Shown: positions 15,001 to 24,975 of the stretch, piece by piece | How the letters are laid out: each line of letters starts with the position of its first letter | How positions within the stretch are numbered: the stretch's first letter is position 1 | NCBI GenBank assembly: GCA_030704615.1 | Contig: CM060731.1 | Location: forward strand, 61,256,001 to 61,320,000 | Source: Takakia lepidozioides | Taxonomy: Eukaryota; Plantae; Bryophyta | Direction of reading: 5' to 3' | Length of the DNA stretch: 64,000 bases | Position numbers and translations under genes: made by a program | The notes under the pieces: model-generated | Database searches by the model: none | Seen by the model: only the letters and a program-made list of their open reading frames with translations | What the model was told of the DNA's origin: nothing

Positions 15001-17454
15001 TGGGAAAATACAAGTGGAACTAACCTCCTTTTGTGCTTCTGTGAGTTTTTGTTGGCTCAGCTGCTCCCTTTCCTCTGTCCTTGTCTTCTCCTGCTCGAAT
15101 ACCATCAAAACTTAAAACTGTTTCAACTTAATAATAAGTATATGGAAGTTACATAATATGATTCGTATGCCACAATCTTCAATCTGTGGCTCGCTTTTCA
15201 TCAATGTCTGAAAGGTAAAAGGCTCTCATCACCGTACAAGGCTCTCATCATGGAAGCCTCTTAATTAACCAACTGCCAGCTGTATGAGGGTTGGGATCCC
15301 ACAGTGACTATGCAGTGTATAAACTTGCTCTCTCAATGGTTGTCATCATCTTGTCCCTTGGGTCATTTTGGCATCCGTGCCTTCAATCACCATTGTGGGT
15401 TTGAGATCACTAGAACCCATAAGCAAATCAGCCAATCAAGTAGGACTTTCTGTGGCCTGCCCACTTGGTGTACCTACCCCCTAAGTTGTACTTGAGGATT
15501 TAAGAACGAGTTTGGCATCTGACACTTTGTATTCACAGTTGACGATAAAAAACTATTGAGTCAGTGTGTAGCTCAATTTCTATCAAACCTGGAGTCGAAG
15601 CGTCTGAGCCTCAGCCAATGCTTTGCGTGTTATTTTAAGCCTCTCCTCTGTCTCCGCCACTGATGCCTGCACAGAGCGGAAGAAAATTTACTGAAATGAC
15701 TGGAGGCCTAAAGCAAAAGGGATGTAAACCGTCCCCTGGTGGTTCTGCTTGCACTCCAATTGAACAGTGGTCTTGTGCACCATTCATTCCAGTCAGGAAA
15801 ATACCTCTAGCAAGTCACCAAGGCCCAGTGGTTAGGGCACAAGGCCACCTGACAAGTGGTCGTGGGTTCAAAGCCACATAGTTGTATGTCAGAGACACCC
15901 AATATGGCCAACCCAGCCATAAAAGGGGGTATTCGGGTCAACTGGCTACTTAATGTGTGGGTACCTAGGGGACTTTCAGGTCCTTGGGGGAGAGTTGGGC
16001 AACCCCATTGCCAGGTTATGGCCGTTAGAAGGTGTCCACCTTCCAAACGGAAGGTAGTAGTCCTTCGGGGTGAAGTGACACCATAAGTTACGCTTGCTTC
16101 GGCAAAAGTCTTCTTTCTTTTCATTTCTTTTCTAGCAGGTCAGCATTTGTCTCCAGCGTGATATGACCCAAGGGCTTAAGGGACACAACTAGAACCACAG
16201 GGTAACAACACAGGAAATGAAATGAAACAAATAAAGGATGTCAGCCCTTGTCCACCTGCTCATAAAACCCACCTGGAGCGCAATTGTTGACAAATCATAC
16301 TGCACCAGCTCAGCATCTCGCTCATCGAGCAATGAAAGATTATACTGTCCAATATGGTGACCACAGACCAAACTTGATGAGAACAAAAAACTTGGGAGTC
16401 ATTGCTGAGGTCCAATAAATCCTGTAATCATTGGCTAGCACAATTTCTATGGCCCTTTAAGGTTCAGTTGAGGTGGACATGTGGTGCAAACCACACTCAA
16501 CATACATAGTCACTCTGGTACACACCTAGTACATAGCTACTCAGGTTTCTGGTGCTAACTATGGTTAAGCTTGGCCCCTGTGCTTACAGATCGAATGGAA
16601 ATGAACTTTGCGGTAGATGCCACTGAAACTGTAACCACAGTTGCCATAATCGTAAGATCTACTATGATAACAGGACAAGTGTAAGCCGTGGATGCCGGCG
16701 ATGTCAATCAGGAAACTGGATGTGATCGGAATCCTACCTTGAAGTCATCCTGGAGCTGAGAAATCTGTGAGCCAAGATCAGACACCATCTTCTCTTTGTC
16801 ACACACCTGACTTCCTCCAAAAATTCATCCACATATCAAGTCCATAATCTCACAAAGAAACATGATGTTTCCGTAAGTATGGGAAAAATGGCACCCATCG
16901 TCCCGCCCCTCCCCAAGACATTCTTCTCCTGTCTCTGTCTCTCCCTCTGTGGAAGTTCTTTCTTTCTTTTCTTTTTTGACCACAATGGGTTCTCCATTGC
17001 TTCCCTACTGCCACAAAATACGGAGTGGGTGGAAAACAAGACCGCAATAGATGCATCAGAGAACTTATGGAACTGCACGTCAGGCGGACATGGAAACCAG
17101 CCACTCTAACAACAAAACTACTGGACGGCGATTGTGGTGACCCTCATTCTGCTCGCCCCATTTCATGTTCCATTCAAAAGGACATCGGGACTAAAGAGGC
17201 TACGGCAACTACACTCTAGTACATCTCTCTCACACATTACTAGCTCCAAGAAAAAGCAACCAACCAGGCCCCCAAAAGATAATTATATAAGATAATGCAA
17301 TGTGAAGTGACCAAAGTGAAACCCTAAATGATAAATAGTTCGACACCTGAGATTGAAGGGTCTGTATTTGAGAGTCACAGAGGCCGATCAGCTCTTTCTC
17401 CTTTTTTTCAAGCAACGAACGAAAATCCCGAAACTCGGACCTGTCTGCTCCCAT
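10..17454 (-). CDS. CCDC57: CCDC57-like centriolar coiled-coil protein, multi-exon, 3' end outside window
   Basis: GT-AG exons read by hand: 17454-17347 (MGADRSEFRDFRSLLEKKEKELIGLCDSQIQTLQSQ), ~16806-16738 (...SQLQDDFK), ~16344-16273 (YNLSLLDERDAELVQYD...), ~15667-15590, 15090-15025, 10226-10154, ~9554-9427, 8109-8062, 5340-5218, 2365-2252, 1734-1663, ~1134-1029, ~146-10 (LEAENRLLRENMQDLAIQNERIREVV). Spliced LQDDFKYNLSLLDERDAELVQYD matches the CCDC57 N-terminal signature as I recall it (LQEDFxYNLxxLxERDxELxRYD). Some internal exons (3.5-4.4 kb, 8.7-9.3 kb) unresolved. Confidence 0.75.
397..471 (+). pseudogene. tRNA-derived sequence (tRNA pseudogene or SINE head) in an intron
   Basis: A box TAGCTCAGTGG, D-arm GCTC/GAGT, B box GGTTCAATCC, T-arm CT(T)AGG/CCTAG; acceptor and anticodon stems mismatched, loop 6 nt, so not a functional tRNA. 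Confidence 0.6.
1949..1993 (-). mobile_element. 45-bp 5'-truncated RTEX family B 3' end with 11-bp TSD
   Basis: GGCCACAAGGCTACGGCAAACAACGTCTTATGAGTAC (minus), as at the 3' end of the 13003-14964 element; flanked by GATGAAGAAGA at 1938-1948 and 1994-2004. Confidence 0.8.
2640..3345 (-). mobile_element. Degenerate RTEX-type LINE fragment (family B)
   Basis: FFHCRGINTEVKRTILC... and DDLTGLPTLGTRLIFELRVGSLP closely match 13100-13930. Confidence 0.75.
4958..5031 (-). mobile_element. 5'-truncated copy of the tRNA-SINE 3' end with 12-bp TSD
   Basis: Near-identical reverse complement of ~16040-16102; flanked by AGATGAAAGAGA at 4946-4957 and 5032-5043. Confidence 0.8.
5740..7820 (+). mobile_element. 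Head-to-tail cluster of RTEX-type LINE (family A) 3' fragments
   Basis: Late RT/thumb (KTKIMVF...YRYLG), C-terminal FRVGSHNLRIETGRW...LCPAC...EEHFFYCPLY zinc region, and repeated 3' UTR ending in (CATTT)n at ~5845, ~7395, ~7740 and ~7805. Confidence 0.85.
10400..12650 (+). mobile_element. Degenerate RTEX-type LINE fragments (family A), including RT remnants
   Basis: QPGFRRNRSTLDHIFT...FLDFRKAFDSVPR (11550-11700); C-terminal zinc regions at ~10400-10680 and ~12130-12480; (CATTT)n tails. Confidence 0.8.
12345..12391 (+). mobile_element. 47-bp RTEX family B 3' end inserted into a family A copy, 12-bp TSD
   Basis: TCTAACTGAAGT at 12333-12344 and 12392-12403 brackets CAATGGCCACAAGGCTACGGCAAACAACGTCTTATGAGTAC. 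Confidence 0.85.
13003..14964 (-). mobile_element. 5'-truncated RTEX-type LINE (family B) with internal inversion and 14-bp TSD
   Basis: TSD ACTGATGAAGTAGA at 12989-13002 and 14965-14978. RT domain 0 (KAGGPDGIVNE) on minus at 14964-14815; RT core (LYKKGD, QAGFR, QGCTFSPLLF, MFADD) on plus at ~14100-14814; remainder (YTYLG... to 3' UTR) on minus. Confidence 0.85.
15818..16130 (+). mobile_element. tRNA-derived SINE (~310 bp)
   Basis: A-box-like AGGCCCAGTGG, B-box-like GGTTCAAAGCC, pyrimidine-rich tail, TSD TCTAGCA(A/G)GTCA at 15806-15817 and 16131-16142; 3' end recurs at 4958-5031. Confidence 0.75.
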
Positions 17455-18573
17455 GATTGATCTTGTTCTGCCTGCGTCCTTGGATTGGTGGAAGGACTGC
17501 TCCGCCTCCCCCGACACCTCAAGGCTATAGAGTATCGGGCTCTCTCACAAGAACACGCACATCTTCCGATTTCAAGATGTAAATGAAATATGCCCCTTTC
17601 CCCACCGGCCCCATCCCCGAGCCTCTCTCACATAAACCAAGGGATTCGTTTAACAATCTCTGCCTCAATTACTCATCCCATACGAAGGACAGATCTCATA
17701 CTCTCGTCCAAACCATAGATCACAGCGTCTATCTCTCACTCTGACCAAAAGGAAACAATTGACGAGTTGATCCTCAGTCAAACAGTCGAAGAGGACAGAC
17801 CGCTTCCCCTCCGCAACCGAATTCATCTTCCAACAATCTATCCCGCAGTCGCTGTTGTATCAGCCTTTACAATTGTCCTCCCTCCCGGTCTCTAGTCTCT
17901 ACCTGCTATGACCCTTCGATACCTCGGGTCTTGGAGATAACAGTTACAAGTGCATGCGGCCCCGCGTGTATGGGTCGGGACCCGGTGCCTCCGCGGGTGG
18001 ATAGGCGGACCGGTTCCAGGCGACTTGAACAATTTGGGCGGGAACGGTCAGAGCGCTGGGCATTGGCAGACAAGTAGTGTTGGTCCGGCGGTTTGCCTTG
18101 GAAGGTGCCTGCCTCAAACGACCGTACTACCTAAGCACCTAAACTACCTTAGTCGGTAGTTTGTGTGGAATACCAAATGCCCATGTAATCAACTATCATC
18201 TACAACCCTCGACCTCATCTAGGACCCTCGAGAAATCATCTACAACCCCCCACTAAATCAACCACTCTCTAATGGACAGGGCCCACACAAACTGGGGGCA
18301 TATTTAGCTTACTGTTGCTATTAATTAATATGTTCATGCTTACGATTTTTTTTATTTTTTTTCCGGGGCCTTGTGTTTGCAGAGCCCACTACTTTATAAG
18401 TAGTAACTGAGTAAGTAGTAAGAGGGGGGCCTATCCTTTATATACCCTCTTAGGGCGGTGGGACCCTTGTAGAAGCTTGCAGACTCCTCAAGCAATGGGA
18501 CCTTTTAGAAGGCCCTGGGACAGCCCTAGAAACCTCCTTACCCGAATTGACGGCTGAACCGTCCCCAATTTAA

Positions 18574-20236
18574 CCCTTAAGCGGATGAGGGTGTAACTCG
18601 TTACCTACAATCATCCACAGATTTGAACCTTATAAATCCCTATGTAACTACCACATCCATCTACTCATAAAGTTTCAGCCCATTTGACCGTTGTAATTTG
18701 CAGATAATAGCAAAAGAAAACATGATTTTTATAAGTTCACTCCCCAAAAGAAGGGGTAACTTTCGTTTGACCAGACATTTGCTGCATCAGGTTGAATCTT
18801 CCCTCCAGAATGCCCAGAATGCCCACCATACCGTAGGTTCATAGCAGATTAGGCACCCCAGTGCCTAATAATTATTAAATTTGGAATATTCTTTTTAGGC
18901 ACTTTAAACAAAAGATTTATGTAAATTAGACACTTTTCATCCATCATATTTGGTGTTAGGCACCTTTCATGACTTGGAACTTCTCCTTCCATCCTCCCCA
19001 AAGGTCTCACGTACCCTCTCTCTTCTTCCCCAAGACAAACCCTAAAAAAAAATCTTTTCTAATGGAGGGGCGTCCGAGAGCCCACTACACGATGGGCGCA
19101 AATGTGGAGATGGCTAACAATGGAGGAACCAAGCCTGGCTAAATCCTGGCCCAAACACACTCACCACGAGATCACAAGGTAAGAGGCTCAAATTGTGCTT
19201 CAATTTTTTGCTCTGTCGTTGGAACGACCCCGACAAGTGGTTGGCCTAGGAGATGGAATTAAGGAGTGACATTTGAGAGCGAGAGAGAAATCCAACTACA
19301 ACAGGCGGTGACAACCTGATACCCACACCTTAGTCTGCAGTAATAATTGTGTGCCTTAGTACTTATCCTACTAACTTGGAAATCCTCTTATGTAATGCTT
19401 GATTGTGTACTTAGTACTTATCATTGGAAGGTCCTTTGGAGGTTATATGGACCTAGGAAGTTGGCCTATACTTTTTGAACATTTATGGAGGCATTTGTTT
19501 TTTGTTTTCAATAGAAATTATATAGAGTAGGATTTTTTTAGACAATTTTACTGAATTAGGCACTTTCATATTATTTTTCCAACCTTTTAGGCATAAATCT
19601 TGAAAAATCACAGATTTGCTTAAGCACTTTTTTTCTTAAATTCAATTTGTGCCTAATCTGCTATGAACCTACGGTATTTGTAATCTGTGGCACATACCAA
19701 GTGCCCTCTCAAAAAGTGAGACCCAATTCCAAAAACATCAATGGGCTATTTTGTATGTGAATTTTGGGGGGTAAATTTCCCCAATTTGCTGTAGTGAACC
19801 AAGGCTCCTAAAATGTCTAAATTTTTTCTTGGAATCCTTACTATCGTCTATGCTTTGCCCCAATGTAAAGTACACTGTCCAAAACAATTCTGATAAAGAG
19901 CAAATTCTAGGTTGGATGGGACTTTTTTGAAATACCTTCCAGCCTGCCACGTGGGCGGTTGACCTGCGTGGACACCCCTTGGGCTACACCCTGCCCACGG
20001 AAGTGGTCAACCTGCTTGGACATCACCCAAATCTGGTACCCACACTTAAAAAATCGTACAGTGCATGGCATTTATGGTTTACCTGTGGCATTTGTTGGAG
20101 CAGACAAGGGCGCCTAAATTTTTCATTCAGAATGCATGTTCATCCAACTTCATCCACATCAGTTACGACGTTAATTTTTAAAACCACGCAACTTAAAACC
20201 ACGCAACCTGATTCGGGTCGCGTGATCGTTTAAGGG
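18574..20236. mobile_element. Non-autonomous TTAA-targeting (piggyBac-like) DNA transposon
   Basis: TTAA|CCCTTAAGCGGAT ... GATCGTTTAAGGG|TTAA: short imperfect TIR starting CCC, TTAA duplicated at 18570-18573 and 20237-20240; subterminal 15-bp tandem TTAAAACCACGCAAC; no transposase. Confidence 0.6.
18831..19674. mobile_element. Tc1/mariner-type MITE nested in the TTAA element
   Basis: Perfect 26-bp TIR CCGTAGGTTCATAGCAGATTAGGCAC at both ends, TA duplicated on each side. Confidence 0.85.
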
Positions 20237-20243
20237 TTAATAC

Positions 20244-20799
20244 CAGTGTTGGACTGGTATCGTATTTTGAACACACCAGCCTGGTACTGGTATATAGTCC
20301 TCCGGCCAATTGTGATACCAGGGAGGTACTGGTATTGGCAAAAATCTGAGATTTTGATACCATGGTGATATCAATGATACCTGATTGGTGTGGTGTTTAT
20401 GGTATCAATAGCAAGAGTTTTTATAAATCGATACCAGGGTAATATCAATATTGGTCTGATATCAAAAAAACCCATGATATGCTAAATATTGAAAGGCCCA
20501 CTTCTCATATAAATGTGTAGAAGCATGCTTCTTATTGATTTTATTCCTCAAAGTATTCCTCAAGTTCCTCAAAGTATTGATACCAGGTTTTCCTCACAAA
20601 AATGGATCCGGTACTGGTATCAGGTACCAGATTTTCAACCACCTAGCAGACTGGTAGGGCATCGTCCATAGTATTAGGAAGCAGATACCAAGCCAATACG
20701 GGTATATGCTAGGTAGTGGCCTGAGGTGATACCAGACTGGTCTGGTATTTCATACCAGTATTGATACCAGTTTCTTATCGGTATACCAGTCCAACACTT
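20244..20799. mobile_element. hAT-type MITE
   Basis: TIR CAGTGTTGGACTGGTAT (one terminal mismatch), 8-bp TSD GTTAATAC at 20236-20243 and 20800-20807, many internal TGGTAT/ATACCA motifs. Confidence 0.85.
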
Positions 20800-20962
20800 G
20801 TTAATACCTCTTACCTTCCTCTCTTCTTTTTTACTTACTCCCTTACATTACACTTATTAATCTAAATCCTTGTTTAGCTTACTATAACCCCGCTTTTTAA
20901 TTCGTGGACCACTCTCTAATGGACAGGCCCACCCAAACTTGGGGGGCTTATTTGATTGTAGG

Positions 20963-21539
20963 TGTCAAGGACGAGAACATGACTGAACACAAACAAGAGA
21001 TAAGACTAGAGGTACAAGGCTAGACAAGAAGTCAAGGTTGGTGTGGCCGAATGCACGATGAGTAAATATGAATCAAGACGATCTTTATAACAATGAACAA
21101 GAGTACAAGATATTGGAACACGACTTGAATACTGGAATGCTGGAAACTGGACTAGAGTACTGGGAATTGGAAACAAGAGTAGCTTGAACTGGTGTTGGCG
21201 AGACTGAAGAGTGTCCAGTCTCGCCTCCTATATATACTGGCTATTAAGAAGCTTTCCTAAGAAGCTTCCCCTACGGAGGTTTATTGCTGGAGAAGTTTCC
21301 AAGATTAAACAAAGGTTTCTTGATAGAGAAGCTTCTTTAAACAATTGAAGTATCTTGATGGAGAAGTTTCCCAAGTTACTCTTGGTAATTTGGTAAACTC
21401 CCGATAACTTGGTAAGTAATGATAAATCATGGTAGATCATGGTAAATTACGGTAAGTCATGATAACTTCCGATAATATGGTAATTTGGTAACTTCTGGTA
21501 TTTACTCATGGTAAGTTCTTCTAGGCTATGTCCGTGACA
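20963..21539 (-). repeat. 3' LTR of the Gypsy element (577 bp)
   Basis: TGTCAAGGAC...GTCCGTGACA termini; polypurine tract immediately upstream on the minus strand (21540-21552). Confidence 0.85.
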
Positions 21540-24150
21540 TCACCCCCTCCTCTAGCGCCGAGTTCCTCGAGGAGCGGTAAAATCTTGGACTTGCTTAGAG
21601 TTGGAGAAAATCCAAAATCCGGCGAATGGTACTTGCCAAGTATTCGGCTCTTCGTTCTTGACTCAAATGATTTATAGGTCCCTGCAACCATCAATAATGT
21701 CCAACACCTTGAACTTGGGACCACATTTGAGCATTCTGATTTTCGAAGCTGCCTTCAAACATGATTTCATTGTCGTCTGGGTCCGAAGCCTCAACCTCCA
21801 ACAGAATTATCAGACTTCGAGTAGGCTCCACTTGCCGTCGTACGGGGTCCAGACGAGGAAGTACGCGTCGCATTGGTGGCCCATCGTCTCGAGAGTGTCG
21901 GTGTGATGTTGAAGGTCGTGAGAGTCGAAACGGCTGATCTGGTAGCTGGGTAAGCAACAACTCCAATGTATCTGGTTCCTGTGACTCCATACTGCCAATA
22001 CAAGATGCAAGAGTGCTGGAAGTGTAGCTATATAAACTGATGTGTGGTGCTCCTCCCTCCTTAGCGTGTATCAGATACATTGAATGTGGATTCTTCACCT
22101 TGAAGCTAACTTGGCTGACATCATCGTTGTGACGTGTAACTCAGGGCTTAGCTGGATATCGTTGATGAAACTCTTAGACTTTGTCAGATGCATTGGCGAG
22201 GTTGGATGAATGTTCTCACGTTCGTTCGCTGATGTCGTAGCCTTTCCAATGTATGAAATACTCAAGACGTTTATACTTGATGCGAGAGTCTAAGACTTCG
22301 TCGACTTCATACTCAATTTCCTGATTGACTTCGCTTGGTGGAGGTGGTACGGAGACTCTCCCTGGAATATTCGATGGATGATACAACTCCAATAATGAAA
22401 CATGAAATACTAGATAGATGCGCATACTTCGTGGGAGTTCAAGCCGAAAATTGACCGGATTTTTTTGTCGAATAATTTTGAATGGGCCCAAGCGATGATA
22501 ATCCAACTTCCTTGATGGTCATGAGGTTTGTATGTCCCGTCGAAGAAGCCACACACGATCTTCGACCTTGAACTGGGGTTGGAGTTGGCGACGTTGATCT
22601 GCGTACTCCTTGTATTGTTTTTGAGCTTCTGCGAGGTGGAATATAAGCTCCTTGTGAATCGTAGCAAGATGAGTAGCAAAGTTTTCTACAGCAGGGCTTC
22701 CAACAGTCTTCATATGGAAAGGGTTTGCTTGAGGATAATGACCATAATTGGAGAAAAATGAAGTTTGTTGGGTCGAAGAATGTATAGTGTTGTTGTAGGC
22801 AAACTCAGCCAATGACGAAGGTCCGTCAAATTATCTTGGTGATAATTTATCGTACAACGAAGATACTGCTCCAAAATCTGGTTTACACGTTCGGTTTGAC
22901 CATCAGTCTGTGGATGATTAGCTGTAGAAAGGTTGATCTTAGTATCCAATATGTTAAATAATCCCCTCCAGAAATTTGATATGAACCGTGGTCCTCGATC
23001 AGATACGATGTCATTCAGGAGTCCATGAATGCGGTAGATATTATTGAGGAAGAGTCTTCCAGTTTCCTCGCCGGTAACCGTCTTATTACATGGAATGAAA
23101 TGTGTTATCTTCGTAAAACGATCTACAATAACAAGGATTGAATCGGTGGACTTGGAGATTGGAAGGTCCGTAATAAAGTCCATAGACACAGACAACCATA
23201 GACCCTTAGGAATGGGTAATGGTTGAAGAAGGCCGTAAGGTCGATGTCGTGGTCCCTTCGCTCTAGCACACGTATCGCAAGATTTTATAAATTCTTTCAC
23301 GAGTTTCCACATCTGCGGCCACCAATAGTCCCTGGATATCAATTCCATTGTTTTGTTGAAGCCGAAATGTCCTGCAGCCGAAAGACCATGACATGTTTGA
23401 AGAATTCGAAGTCGTGTAGGTCCTGGAGGTACATAGAGAAGTCCATTGAAATAAAGTAAATCATCTTTGAACTCGAAGTCGTTTGTAACATGTGGGTTGT
23501 CTCGAGGTCGATTTAGTTGACTTCGTAGTGTCATAGCGAATTGGTCGCTATTCAGTGCTTCCTGAATCTCATTTATGATCTCTACATCGTCATAGGTGGA
23601 CATGGATAGCATATTCAATTGGAGATTTGCTAGTTTCAAGATGAGGAAAATCTATTGGTCAAAAATTGCATCCCCTGCCTTTGGCGCAAGATACGATCGT
23701 CGAGCATCTGGTTTTCCTTGAAGATGTCCGAAACGGTAGGTAATAACAAAATTAAACCTTGCTAGTGACATACTTCATCTTGCTTGACGTCGATTCAAAA
23801 CACAAGCACTCATAAAATACTCGAGGTTTTTGTGATCGGTATAGACAGTGACCTGATGTTGAGCTCCCTCCAATAGATGATGCCACTCCTCAAAAGCATC
23901 GATAATCGCTAGAAGTTCTTTGTCATGGATTTCATAATTGATCTCCGCAGCGGAAAATTTGTGAGAACGAGAACCAACAGGGTGAAGTCGGTCATCTGTA
24001 CCGTATTGAGAGAGTACCGCGCCAAGTGCAAAGTCCGATGCATCTGCTTCCAAAAAGAATGGTTTAGATGGGTCTGCATGTACCAGTATTGGAGCCGTTA
24101 TAAATGCATGCTTCAGCCTTTCAAATGTTTGGTCAGTTTCTCCTTGTAAT
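20963..24150 (-). mobile_element. 5'-truncated Ty3/Gypsy chromovirus (RNase H, integrase, chromodomain), decayed
   Basis: RNase H (EADASDFALGAVL, EINYEIHDKELLAI, VYTDHKNL), integrase zinc finger and core (GHFG...CDTC, SVSMDFI, IVSDRG, QTDGQTERVN), GPF motif, chromodomain (EYEVDEVLDSR...YFIHWKGY); frameshifts and stops; no gag, RT or 5' LTR. Confidence 0.92.
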
Positions 24151-24975
24151 GTATGCAGCAAGAAATAGCAGAAACTGGTTTGAAGGCGAAAGCAGAGTAC
24201 TATGCTTCCCACACAGAAGAGCAGAGGTCTGCAACTGGGCTTAAGAACATTATGAAATTCGAGATGAACAATCAAAGGAAGAACCTCGCATAGCAGATCC
24301 AACTTGGCACGGAATTTCTGGATTTATGACAAGTATGGCTCCAAGCCAGAGATGACCCAAGAGAAACTGCATCGCCTTTCCATTTCAATGGTGGACAATG
24401 CAACTAAAATCAGGTGGTTGGAGATTTGGAATTCCGATCCACTTGTGAGAGACACCAACATGTTCCCATCTCCTAAGAGGGACTTGAAGACACAAGCAAT
24501 AAAAGTTGTTAGCGACCACCCATTCGACCAGTGGCTACACAAAGCAACCTTCTTGAGCCAGGTAAGGTTTCCACAAAACCATTTTCAAATGTTTGTGCTG
24601 CTCCGTGCTCTCTCCACAATTCTTATGATCTTTCTTGCTGCAGTTGGAAAAACGAGCGGTGGCTGCACTTGGAGAGTCAATGGCAGACTACAAAATCTAG
24701 ATGGCTTGCCCCCGGATCACACTGGAGGCCTATATCAGGAGATGGAAGTTCGCTGTCTGGAACAACTGTTTCTTCAGGGAGTTTGAGAGAGACAAAGGAA
24801 TCTCCAGTACAACAGCGAGCAAGCAATGAAACGAGTGTTGTACAGGTGTGACCTCTAAGAAACAAATCTGGTACTTGAAGTGTATGTTTCTGTATTCTTG
24901 TGTCGTCTTTTCCATATAGAAATGCGAATTTGGAGGTTTTGAGGGAGCTCTGAAGGCTCTGGACGTGCAGCCGAG

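Noticed and set aside
18570-18580. TAACCCT as a telomeric repeat
   Set aside because: Single unit; better explained as a TTAA TSD plus TIR matched at 20230-20240.
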